Origin: Octopus sinensis
Lineage: Eukaryota
Reading direction: 5' to 3'
Length of the DNA stretch: 64,000 nucleotides
Assembly: GCF_006345805.1 (NCBI RefSeq)
Contig: NC_042999.1
Span: 9,734,001-9,798,000 of the forward strand
The notes under the pieces are model-generated. The model was not told the origin of the DNA. It saw only the letters and a program-made list of their open reading frames with translations, and searched no databases. Positions 26,139 through 38,620 of the stretch are shown one piece after another. A program made the translations under genes and the position numbers. The stretch's first letter is position 1; every line of letters begins with the position of its first letter.

Positions 26139-27264
26139 AGAGAGATACATACAGAGATTATGTGACTGTGAACATGAGAGACGGGTTGTATTTATTTGTT
26201 AGAGAATATAGTCTTTAGTTAGAAAATAGTCGTACAAATACTCACCTAGCATAGTTTGATCGCATTTGAGGGTGTATATATATACCTACGGTGTGTATAT
26301 TTGTATTTGTATTCAGTTATAAGTATAACTGGGTGTTGTTGTTATTATTAGTGAATACGCAGATACATATGTATCTATGTATGTGTGTATGTATGTATGT
26401 ATGTATGTATGTATGTATGTATGTATATATGTATGTATATATGTATGTATCTATGTATGGAGGTATGGATGTATTATGTATGTATGGAGGTATGGATGCG
26501 AATTTTGATATATATATATATATATATACATACATACAAATACACAAACACACACACACACACACACACACATGTTTCCGTACGGTTTCGGCCCAAGAAA
26601 TCTCACCCACAAATTCTTTGTCAACCTGGTTGCCTGGTATTCGCCCCCCAAATGGCGCATACCGGGCTGGAACCTTGAAATTAAGGCACCTCGGTGTCTT
26701 TCCCCCGTATATAAACCTATTTTTACACAACACACACAAATCTTTCTATCTTTTTAGTTAATAACTAGATTCGAACCACTTTCCTCTTCACCTCCCATCC
26801 GCTGATGTACGATGGGGCCTCATCGTTTCCATTAATAATCTCAAAACAATAAAAAGGTACTAGACAAGACCACCTCTTTACAATCTACTCTTGAATTTTC
26901 GGTTTCGAGAAATAACTAACCTCAAAACCTATGTTTGTCACCTGTGAACTCTTTCATCGAATTTTATAATGGAATTCATTTTGAGGAAACTAGAAAATGT
27001 TAAACAAAATATTTTGTAAAGAATATATTGCAAATTTCTCGCCCTTGTTCAGGTTTACATTTCTGTAGCGGAAATATAGAATGCTTAGAATCCACCTTCA
27101 TACAGGATTATTACACAATTTAATGTTCCTGGAAAGATGAAAGATAAACTCCGGGATGAACTGTAGAGAAAATGTTATTTTTGCAGGAAGTACTCCTTTA
27201 TTTTGTTTTTCTATTTCTTTAGTTTGATGAAATTTCATCTGAGGATTATATGAGGATTATAACC

Positions 27265-27515
27265 CAGTTCTATATTTAAGAGATGAGGAACTATGTACAT
27301 TATTTACTTTAATTACATTATTTACATTTGACGAATTTTTGTCCTCGTCTTGTTTGTTGTTAATAATAATAATAATAATAATAATATCGAAAAATACCTT
27401 AGGAATGAGAACCCAGGTTCGAAATTTTCCCCAAGACACATGAAGAAGGCTGGAGGGTATATCAGCCGAAACAAGATGAGGACAAATATCCATCAAATGT
27501 AAATAATGTAAATAA
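27265..27515. mobile_element. Family F Penelope-like composite (inverted tail + body) with 13-bp TSD
   Basis: Minus-strand tail 27265-27361, plus-strand body ~27385-27515; TGAGGATTATAAC at 27251-27263 and 27516-27528. Confidence 0.8.
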
Positions 27516-28204
27516 TGAGGATTATAACGTTCTTAGATTACTTCCGACTGCCAGATAGATTAAGTGATTATCATCTTGCTGTACCCCAGTCTTTGTTCCA
27601 TTAATGAAGACACGTAAACTCTGGCAGGAAGTCATTTGTTTATTTCTCTTAAGGGAAAAGATAGTCTCTTGCAATATGTGGACCTGAACGTGTATCTGTA
27701 AGTTAAATATAGATTGCATTCAATTCAAATGACAATTTAGAGATACTAACAAATAGAAAATGCAATCGCCTCATCCACACAACCACAGAATATTTCAAAA
27801 TCACTTTTGGAAACTTCAGATATAAAATAATAATGAATAGGATCGAATTACAACTGTAACAAAACAGGATATCAATGACGCATTCGACAGGCAGATACGA
27901 GATAATTGCGACTCGACGGCCAATGAATAAGCGATAAACAAACAACCCAAGCAAAACGGGATGAGATTACACAATCGATTAAACAAAACCAAATGACAAA
28001 TGAGCTTAATGGAAAAACAAGAGTGTCAGAAAGATAAACAATGACACAGATAGACAATATGAGAAAGATAATGTCCAGACGAAGATCTGTTGATTCCCCG
28101 ATACAAGAAACAACAAAGGCAAGGTCTGCTGACCGATGTAGACGAACAGATGAAGGCGATTTTACAGATATAATAATAATAATGATAATAATAATGAAAT
28201 TATT

Positions 28205-28515
28205 GTATACAGTGCTCAGGTGCACCACAACATGTCAAAAGTGCGTATAAAGTACATGCAGTAATGTAGAAATGTCTGGAAAGCGAACAATGTATGAGTC
28301 AGATACATGCTTGCTTGTGTGTATGGAGGGGAGAAAATCAGGTGTAGTGTTGGCGAATCTCAGAAAGCATGGAAGTTTTGAAGGATGCAGTGCTCCGACA
28401 ACTAACAACTGATGCCGGCAGTTTGTTCCATGCTTCAGCAACTCTAAGGGTGAAAAAATGTTTCCGAAAGTCATGGGAGCTGTGATATTTTCTGATTTTG
28501 TAAACATGTCCACGG
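28205..28515 (-). mobile_element. CR1-clade LINE 3' end (second family)
   Basis: DFRKHFFTLRVAEAWNKLPASVVSCRSTASFK, the classic CR1 C-terminus, followed by a UTR and (ATT)n. Confidence 0.85.
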
Positions 28516-29461
28516 CAGCAGAGTGTATATAACCAGCGTGACACCGAAAACAGATAGTTCTTAGTGAGGGTCACGGAAACTTGAATCGTGAAGAAATAAT
28601 TACAGTTTAAATATATTTCGGAATGGTCATTTTATATATATATATATATATTGGTTATATATATATATATATTCTTTTATTCCTTTATACGTTTCAGCCT
28701 TGAGGGTGCGGCCATGCTGAAGCACTGCCACATATATTTATATATACACAAATAGACACACACATACACACTCACGTATATATACATACGTACGTACACA
28801 AGACTGTATTTATACTGCATTCGACCGAAATCACAGTAAACAGTTCTATAAATAGAAACTGATTAAAACTTATATAAATATAAGTATTTAAGTTGTGTAA
28901 AAAAATCATTTTCGAATCGTTGTAAAAACATAAGGAATTATAATTATCGATCCAGAAATATAATTCTCTCATTTTGTTTCCTCGTGGTATTAAGATAGAT
29001 TAAACGATAATCCGATTATACGGGGCGGCTCAAAATAATAGGACACACTTTATTTGTAATTAATATACAGTTGTATAATAATAATAATAATAATTTTGAA
29101 AAAATCGTGTAATGAAGCCAGAAAAGTGCCGAGGGACAATTTAAGATTGATTTATTTAAAATATGGTTTTTGAAACTAGAATCGCGAGAAATGGGGAAAA
29201 AACGGCGAAATATGCAATATCGCCGTCAGAGTTATCTCCCTTACACTATTTCTCTGTCCTCGTCTCTTTGACCCTCTACACGCAACGTGCGTCACTTGCG
29301 CATGCGTCACACACAAACTCGCTTCACTCGGATGCAGACAGGCGTTCGGTCAGACAAGGCTTGCAGCGTTTCTCTCTCTTTCTCTTCTCTCTCTATCTCT
29401 CTCTCTTTCTCTCTCTCTCTATCTCTCTTTCTCTCTCTCTCTCTCTATCTCTATCTCTTTC

Positions 29462-29509
<48 letters not shown>

Positions 29510-30129
29510 CCTCTTTTTCTCTCTTATTCTCTCCTTCTCTTTCTCCGTTTCTCTTTCTTTCTCTCTCCCCTCTTTGTCTCTCACACTCTTTCTTTTTTCT
29601 CTTTCTCCCCCTCTCTTCCTTCCTGTTTTTCTTTCTCTCTCTATCTTATTCTATCCTCTTTCTCTCACTGTTCCTCTTTCTTTCTCGCTCTCACTCACTT
29701 TCTTTTTCTCTTTCCCTCTCTTTCCTCCCCCTCTCTCTTTCTGTCCTTCTTTCTCTTCCTCTCTCCCTCTCTCTCTCCCCCCCCCATTCTCAGTCTGTGT
29801 TTATTTCTTACTGTTCTCTTTCTTTTACTTGTTTCATTAGACCGTGGCCATGTTGGGGCACTGCCTCGTTGAACAAATCGATCCCAGGACTTAATTTTTT
29901 TTTAACCTGGTACTTATTCTACAGGGCTTTTTGCCGAACCGCTAAGTCATGGGGGGACGTAAACAAACCAACACAAAAAACAGACACACACATATGTATA
30001 TACAATGGGCTTCTTTCAGTTTCCCTCTACCAAATCAGCTCACAAGGCTTTGGTAGACCCAAGGCTATAAGTAGGACTGAACTCGGAACCAGGTGGTTGG
30101 GAAGCAAGTTTCTTACCACAAAGCCATGC

Positions 30130-30180
<51 letters not shown>

Positions 30181-30414
30181 TCAGTCATTTTACTGCGCCC
30201 AGGCTGGGGCATCGTCACTAAAGAGAGTTTAATAGAATACATCGACGAAATAATTTATTGTTTTTAAGTCCAAGTCTTATTTTAACGGGGTCTTTTTTTT
30301 TTGCCGAATCAATTTTAAGGGAACAGAAACAAACCAACACCGAACGTCAAGAGATAGAAGGGGAGCAAACACAGACACACATACATACATGCATACACAC
30401 ACGCACACATACAT

Positions 30415-30471
<57 letters not shown>

Positions 30472-31022
30472 ATAAACGCGAAATTCTGTCCGTTCGTCCG
30501 TCCGTCCGTCCGTCTGGGACCCCTGTATCTCAGAGTACGTTTGCACTACATAGACATATTATACCATTTTGGAATGAAGGTGATCCCGGGGTTAAAAATC
30601 TTCCCATCATTTGCTTCTTGAATATCCAGCATTAGGATCAGGTCTGGATGTGGTGTTGTTGTGTGCTAACAGTTGGAAATTCAAATTTTAAAAGAATTTC
30701 AAAAAAATTGTGAACTCACAAGTTTTTCGTTTAAAATGGATTTAAAGTAAAACTAAAACTTCGTGAATTAAAAAAATATTTTCAGTTCAGTTCATTTAAA
30801 ACTAGATTCAGGTTGGAATGAGAGGTTTCGTGTTCGGGAAGTTTCGAAGTTCCGTGGAATTTGTGAATTGAAGTACTCGGAAGGAAATACTGAAGGACTC
30901 GAACTCTCGGCCCAAATCGGTTTTCCGCCCAAATCGGACTTGCGGTCCAAATTGGTTTTCTGCCCAAATCGGATTTCCGTCCAAATCGGACTTTCGGCAG
31001 AGTCAGTTTATTCAGAGATCTG

Positions 31023-31803
31023 GATGCTGGAAGATTTGCAGCTCAGCTACTGGATCTGGGAAATGGAAGCATTCAGCAAGACTGTAATGGGGACATCACT
31101 TTTCTAAATGGCAGTGGCATTTTGGTCAAAACTGTAGGAGAGTCGATTATCAAGGTTTACCCCAAACATTGGACGTAATTTTCAAGATCATGATTGGCTT
31201 TCTGAAAGAGCCATTCTTGCACCAGAAGATGAAACTGCCAAGGCTGTCAATTGGAAACTTATGCAATCAATCAATACTGAGGGGGAAAAAAACTATTTCT
31301 CAGTTGATCCTGTTGTGGACCCCAATGAGGCTGTGAATTATCCTACTGAGTTTCTTAACTCATTGGATCCTTTTGGAATGCCTTCTCACAAACTGACATT
31401 GAAGAAAGGAGTTCCAGTCATGCTTTTGAGAAATCTGGATCCTCCAAAGCTGTGCAATGGAACAAGAATGATTGTCAGGCAAATGCATCCACATCTTTTG
31501 GAAGCAACAATCCTCACTGGACAAGGAAAGGGAGAAAATGCGTTTATTCCAATAATCCCATTGATTCCAGCAGACATGGCCTTTGTATTCGAGAGACTTC
31601 AATTTCCAGTAAAAGTTAGTTTTGCAATATCATTTAACAAGACTCAAAGAGAATCACTGAAAATCGTTGGTCTTCACCTCAAGCAGAAGTGCTTTGCCCA
31701 GGGTCAGCTCTATGGTGGTTGTTCCAGAAACGGCAACAAACTCTTCATACTCACGCCAAATGGGAAAACCAGGAATGTTGTTTGTCTTGGTGCTTTACAG
31801 TGA
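31023..31803 (+). mobile_element. Helitron Pif1-like helicase C-terminal remnant
   Basis: FAAQLLDLGNG, frameshift near 31160, WLSERAILAP, then YPTEFLNSL, LKKGVPVMLLRNLDPPKLCNGTR, RLQFPVKVSFA, QGQLY. Motifs V/VI degenerate (NKTQRES vs NKSQGQS). Confidence 0.9.
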
Positions 31804-31917
31804 TCTCCAAATGCCACAATGATACAAAATTCTCCAAATGGGATACTCTGTGATATAAATCTGAAATGGTAAGGTACCAATAGACGTTTTATTATTATTA
31901 TTTCCGTCTTTAGTTTT

Positions 31918-32195
31918 GGGCCGCAAAGTGAGGAAGGGTGCCAGCCAGCACCGTTTATGGTAAAATAAGAGCTAAATTAATTCCAGAACCACAAATCATT
32001 CTAACACAATGACTGACAAAAGGAGGTGAGCCCCTATCGTATGAAACCGGATCGCGATTTCGAATCTTGGTGTTGACACCTTAATTCTCATCAATGATTC
32101 ACTGAATTAGAGTGATTTGTGTCTTTAGAATTAATTCAACCCTTAATTTAGCATAAGGGGTGCTGGCCAGCACCCTCCCTCACTTTTGTGACCTC
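31918..32195. mobile_element. MITE with ~85-bp terminal inverted repeats
   Basis: 31918-32004 vs reverse complement of 32107-32195, about 80% identical by eye. Confidence 0.75.
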
Positions 32196-32426
32196 TATTA
32201 ATTTTGCCTTTAGCTTCCAATTGCTAATTAGCCACCCTTTTAATTAGTTGCTTACACTTATACCGTTTGGAAAATCAGCAGAGGATTTAAAAGGTCTTTC
32301 TTATAGGATCGATAGAGGAAGTTGAGTTTAACCCTAGGCGTTAAAAGCCACCGATGAGAATTAAGGTGCATACATAGGTTACTTTTGTGACCTAGATATA
32401 TAAATATATATATGTATATATATATA

Positions 32427-32508
32427 TCGAAGACCGGTGATTGTCGTGCGCTGATGACGGGTCAATATTCAGAAACCCGGGTCCGTGCGTATCACATTAG
32501 GTCGACGA
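32427..32508 (+). ncRNA. Type I hammerhead ribozyme motif
   Basis: CTGATGA 32451-32457, GAAA 32472-32475, palindromic helix III ACCCGGGT, GUC site (C 32483), long interrupted stem I; stem II weak. Confidence 0.7.
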
Positions 32509-33249
32509 TGGGAAGGATGGCTTCCCTTTGCAAATACCGATAGGGCACAGAAAGTGTGCCTATAGCCAGCTGGAGAAGATGTTCTCCTGGGGCTACAAGC
32601 TACAGTAACATCCACCCTTAGTTGTTAGCCATATTTAGATGGCAAATATACTTCACATATATAAATATGTGTGTGTGTGTACATATACATTCGTGTGTGT
32701 GTGCGCGTTTATATATCCTGATATATATTACAATGAGGAGAAAAATCATACAATTGTAATAGGAAGGAGACTTTTCATTAAAGCGAAGAAATAAACGAGA
32801 ATCCAAGACAGTCAGTTAACGTCTGCCTTGGCATCGTTTCACACCGTTCAAGGATTTCGGCAACGTCACAATGACGTCATAGCGGTTAGCTGTCGGTTGT
32901 GTGTTAAGAGCAGGGTTTTAGCTTTTAATGCTTTGACTTCGTTTCTGGACAAATAAGATATTTCCTCCAACTAGCTGACCATATTCTGTACGGTTTGAAC
33001 ATAAATAAAAGGATAATGATAACAATAGTATTTTCTACTAAAGATACAACGCCCAAAATTTTGAATGGAGGTGGGGGGTGGCTGGTCGATTTCACAGATC
33101 GCGTTGGTGTTTATTTCATCGATCCTGAAACGATGAAAAGCAAAGTCGACTAAGGCGAAATATGAACTCAAAACGTAAAGTTGGAAGAAGTGCTGCTGAC
33201 AAGTTTGTCTACTTGTCGCCTTAACAACAACAACAATAATAATAATAAT

Positions 33250-33625
33250 ACAGTTCTATATTTAAGAGATGAGGAATTATGTACATTATTTACATTTAAA
33301 ATAATAGACAGAGAACACCACTGGAAATTACTAAAATTAAAAGAAGCAACACATATGCTAGGACACAACAACCTCCTAAGCAGACCCAGTGCAGATATGA
33401 ATAGCAAATGGGAACCGCTATTAAGGAAGGATAGGAAAATATTAAATTTATAAGCCTTAAAATTCACTCCATAATTACCCACAGGCATATGGCATAGTGG
33501 TTAAGAGCGCCGGCTACTAACCCCAAGTATTCCGAGTTCGATTCCAAGCAGTGACCTGAATAATGATATCGAAAGAAATACCTCGAAATTTCCCCAAGGC
33601 ACCTGATGAAGACTGGAGCGATCGA
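33250..33625 (+). mobile_element. 5'-truncated Penelope-like element (family F): inverted tail, GIY-YIG C-terminus, tRNA-like head, half HHR
   Basis: 33298-33453 encodes KIIDREHHWKLLKLKEATHMLGHNNLLSRPSADMNSKWEPLLRK, resembling the PLE endonuclease end (IL.RE..W..R..KEA..I.....LNR); A/B boxes ~33489-33545; CTGATGA 33603-33609. Confidence 0.75.
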
Positions 33626-34543
33626 CCTTCTCCATCCCCTTAGAATGTCTGACCTTGTGCCAAACTATGAAACTGCGCGTTGCCCTATTGCTTCCGGTTC
33701 TTTACGCTCCGAGTTCAAATCATCCAAATAAAATACCAGCCATGAAAGGCGGCGAGCTGGCAGAAATGTTATCACACCAGGCGAAATGCTTTGCAGTATT
33801 TCGTCTGCCGTTACGTTCTGAGTTCAAATTCCGCCGAGGTCGACTTTGCCTTTCGTAGTCAATTAAATAAGTACCAGTTACGCACTGGGGTCGATATAAT
33901 CGACTTAATCCCTTTGTCTGTCCTTGTTTGTCTCCTCTGGGTTTAGCCCTTACGGGTAGAAAAGAATTAGAAATAAAATACCAGTCATGTACAGGGGTTG
34001 ATGTAATTGATCAGTCCTCTTCCCAACGATTCCTAGTTTTTGTGTCTTGTATCTAAAAGAATAATGCTAATTATTACACACATGAGTGAGAACACTTTGA
34101 GATATTTTTGGTATCTAACATATGTCAGATACTGCGAGCGCTGCTTCTGATTGGTCTATCCACGGTGATGACCCGAGGTCACGGTGACGGCACTACTTTT
34201 GTCATTCATAAGTTACAACTAAACTTCATTCATTACTTTCACGAGCAGGTAGAATGTAGCCATGTAATTAAACAAACATACTATCTTTTTTATACCAGAT
34301 ATCACTTAAAGTCATATACACATAAAATATAAACATTTCTGGTGGTAATTCAATATTTTGTTGCCAAAAAAATCACAACATATTTCGTCTGCTCGTCGAT
34401 ACTCTTGCAGTGCAGGTAGATCTATCAACAAGATGGCTACTGTTGTCGATATCAAGGTGAATGATTGCGCGCTTCAACACGATGTGAAGAATTTAGTTAT
34501 TGGGTTAATAAAATATGGTCGTTTATTCGTGTGTAATAAATAA

Positions 34544-34687
34544 AATACCAAACTCATTCCTTATGGATACCGTATTTATTACAACGAGTGGCTTGTAAAC
34601 GTATCTAACGAGAGAAAGCGAGTTAGATACGTTTACAAGCCACGAGTTGTAATAAATACGGTATCCATAGGGAATGAGTTTGGTATT
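34544..34687. repeat. Near-perfect 66-bp-arm palindrome (foldback)
   Basis: Arms 34544-34609 and 34622-34687, 12-nt loop, 3 mismatches. Confidence 0.95.
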
Positions 34688-35244
34688 CTCTATTTCTTTG
34701 TAATTTAGATCCAAACGATACAACATCGGTGGTGGTGGTGGGGGTGTTAGCAGGAGACCATTGACGGCGGAATTTGGCTGGTATTTTAGTTAAACGAATC
34801 CGGACACCACTAAAGAGCCGGAGCACAAACAGGAAAGTATTTCGCCCGTATAAAGCACATGGTAAGATGCTCTGAAGATCGAAGTACAATCGATTATAAT
34901 CTCCTGGATATTTGATTGATTCTGGTGTCCTTCTCTTCCAATAGATGCAAGAGAAATTCTAACATTTTGTCGATGTATTTCTGTGAAATTATAATAAAAA
35001 TAATAATATTAAAATTCGTTAATTTTCCTTTTTCTCCCTAATTCCGACAGCGCCATTGTCTGCCCTGAAATTCTCTTTCATTCTCGGCGTCAGAAATTTA
35101 TTCAACGCAAAAATGTCAAAGAACAACCTAATAGAATTAACCAACGCCACAAAAAATCTCATCAATTCTCTCAGACTTTATCTTCTCTCAAATTCTTTTT
35201 CATATGACCCCCACCCACTTCTCCTCTTTCTCTTTCTTTCTCCC

Positions 35245-35294
<50 letters not shown>

Positions 35295-35411
35295 ATGTGT
35301 GTTTGCCTCTCACCCTCTCTCTCTCTCATTACGAGATTTTCTCTCTCATTTTCTTTAGTCTCTCTTCATATTATTTTCTTTCATTTTCTTTCACAACACA
35401 ATTCCCCACCC

Positions 35412-35457
<46 letters not shown>

Positions 35458-35620
35458 TCTCTCTATACATATATATATATATATATATATAATATATAGT
35501 AATTAGGGTTAGCAACCCTTAATTACTTAGTATTACTTAAACTTTCCTCGAATGAGGCATTTACATGCCGAAATCTACTTGGTGTAATTAATGATTATTC
35601 CAAATTAATTAATTTCACCC

Positions 35621-35687
<67 letters not shown>

Positions 35688-35702
35688 ACATACATACGTA
35701 CA

Positions 35703-35735
<33 letters not shown>

Positions 35736-35933
35736 CTTTACTTGCTTCAGTCATTTGACTGAGGCCATGCTGGAGCACTACCTTTAGTCGAACAATTTGA
35801 CCCCAGGACTTATTCTTTGTAAGCCTAGTACTTATTCTATCAGTCTCTTTTACCGAACCGCTAAATTACGGGACGTAAACACACCAACATCGGTTGCCAA
35901 GTGATGGTGGGGGACAAACACAAACACACAAAC

Positions 35934-35998
<65 letters not shown>

Positions 35999-36439
35999 TG
36001 TGTGTGCCTTCATATAATTTTCTTTGTCGATTTATCTTAGCGTTATGGAACTTTGGGAAATACAAGAATGTGTTTTCCTGTTTTTTGAAGTCTACAACAA
36101 ACTAGATTTGTTTCTGTTGGAGTTCGTCTCTGGTGTGACTACTACCACCACAACAACACCTGATACAAGCACCACCACCACTAACACTACAACCGCCGCC
36201 GCTGCTGCTGCTGCTGCTGCTGCTGTGCAATTTCGACTCCTTAATACCTCTGGGAATTTTGAAAATATATATAAAAAGTAATAAAGAATCTAAAACTAAT
36301 TTTAGATCAAATTTAGAGAAGTTTGAGGAAGAGAAATTAGGGAGAAAATACAGAGAGACAGACAGACAGATAAATTAGGGAGAGAAGAAGAAGAAGAAGA
36401 AGAAGCAAAAGAAGAAGAGAAGAAGAAGAAGAAGAAGAA

Positions 36440-36470
<31 letters not shown>

Positions 36471-37470
36471 AAGAAGAAGAAGAAGAAACTAAGAAGAATA
36501 AAGAAGAAACAGAGGAAGAACGAACAAGAACAGAACAAGAACAGAAGAACAAGAAGAAGAACAAGAACAAGAAGAACAAAGAACATAACAATAAATAATA
36601 ACAGAAGAAAACAGGAACAAGAAGAACAAGAGAAGAAAAACAAGAAGAAGAACAATAACAAGAAGAACAAGAAGAAAAGAAAAGAAGAAGTTTAAGTGGA
36701 GAGACGATACAAAAAATGTTGAAACATAACGAACGACAGAAAAAAAGAAAGAAACGAAAAACAAACAAAGGAATGGACAGACAAAACAAATAAAATAAAA
36801 ACCAGAAACTAGAAAAATGAAATGGAGAGTGTCAAAAGAGAAAGATTGGTTTTATAGAAGTGATTGCATAGCTTAAATGGCTGCTGGTTTAAGACGTCAG
36901 CGCGTAACTTGACGGAACGATTGACTATCTTCTGAAATTAATTTTATTCTTGCAATCTTGAAGTTTTTGAAATACTCTGCGATTGTGTCGCCAGCTGGCA
37001 TCAATGAGTTTGGACAGCAAGGTTGGAGGTAACGATGGAAGCAAATTGTGACGAGATTTTTACTCAACAAGATCGTTTTCTGTATTTAGCAGACGACATT
37101 TCCATCTTTTGGCAGACGACACCGCATTCGTTTAGCAGACGATACAATATCGGTCATATAAGTAATGGCATCGGCCAAAATGATAAAGTAGGACATTTGA
37201 CAGATTAAAGAAACTGGATGGTAGAATTTTAGATGATGCTAATGGCGAAGATGGTGATAGTAATAGTGGTGGCGGAGTGGGGCAAACGTAGTAAGGTTGT
37301 GTAGTGGCGGCGGCGGCGGCGGTGGAGTAAGTGGTTATGGAAGTGATACTCAACGTTGGCGTACATTATTGAAATGATGGCAGTGGAGGTGGAGGCCCTG
37401 AAGGTGGCGGTCTTGGTGGTGGTAGTGGTGGTGGTGGTGGTGGTGGTGGAGGTGGTGATGGTGGTGATAG

Positions 37471-37501
<31 letters not shown>

Positions 37502-37664
37502 GGTGTTGGTGGTGGTGGTGGTGGTGGTGGTGGTGGTGTTGATGGTGATGGTGGTGGTGGTAGTGGTGGAGGCGCTGGTGCTGGTGGCGATGGTGGTGGT
37601 GGTGGTGGTGGTGGAGGCGCTGGTGGCGGTGGTGGTGGTGGTGATGGTGTTGTTGTTGTTATTG

Positions 37665-37696
<32 letters not shown>

Positions 37697-38193
37697 GGTG
37701 GTGGTGAAAATGGAGATATTCAATGGTTATGATTGCAGAGGCAATGACATAAGGAACAGCGTGGATGCGGGAAGTTGATGGAGGCGATGGGGGCGATGTT
37801 AGAAGTGACCGCATTACTAGTGACGTCGATGATGATGATGATGATGATGATAGTTCAAGGGAACTTGACAGCAAATGGTTTGGGTAACATTACTAAAGCT
37901 GATGGCGGCGGTGGTGGTGTTGGTGGTGATGGAGGTCAATTTCGTTTATTTTTCGTCTGTTGTTTGCTTAATGATGATAATAATGAATAAAGTAATGAGA
38001 ATGGTGGCTGACTTGAAGAGATTCCTGGTCGTCCTGACACACTGTTTAACGAAATGTCGGTTGGCAGTCGCGGGTGGAGGGCGTGGGGGGAGAGGGTTTG
38101 AATAAATCCAATTTGTTGAGAACCAACATTGCTAGTTTTTCGAGTTGACAATCAGACGGTTTGCCGACATTGAGGAATAAATAAGATTATGGA

Positions 38194-38251
<58 letters not shown>

Positions 38252-38417
38252 GGAGGAGAAGGAAAAGGGTCAATGAAAAAAATGAAAGAAAAGATGGAAA
38301 AACGATGAAAGAAATATAGGCAAGAAGAAAAGAAACATTTGAGAATGGTATGAATGCGTGTGTGTGTATGCGTTGATATAGGTTGAGAGAGACGGGTTTA
38401 GGTAGATAGATGTGTGC

Positions 38418-38479
<62 letters not shown>

Positions 38480-38498
38480 GACAGACAGACAGACAGAC

Positions 38499-38620
<122 letters not shown>

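Noticed and set aside
25441-26150. 144-aa and 218-aa minus-strand ORFs in a GC-rich patch
   Set aside because: Low complexity, start within (GA)n, and no recognisable domain or splice pattern
26600-26740. CVLCKNRFIYGGKTPRCL as a GIY-YIG N-terminus
   Set aside because: Resemblance is limited to a few residues and the downstream R..EH motif is absent
26770-26835. Hammerhead-like GAAA-CGATG..CATCG-TA on the minus strand
   Set aside because: No correctly placed CTGANGA and no closing stem II
27760-28165. Possible R4/Dong internal fragment
   Set aside because: Stops in every frame and only vague motif similarity; cannot be supported without a search
29163-30267. 225-aa and 326-aa ORFs
   Set aside because: (CT)n low-complexity tract plus antisense SINE B; TTG/GTG-type starts are not meaningful in a eukaryote
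37085-37153. CRISPR array
   Set aside because: Eukaryotic context, 12-bp repeats, 11-bp spacers, no cas genes
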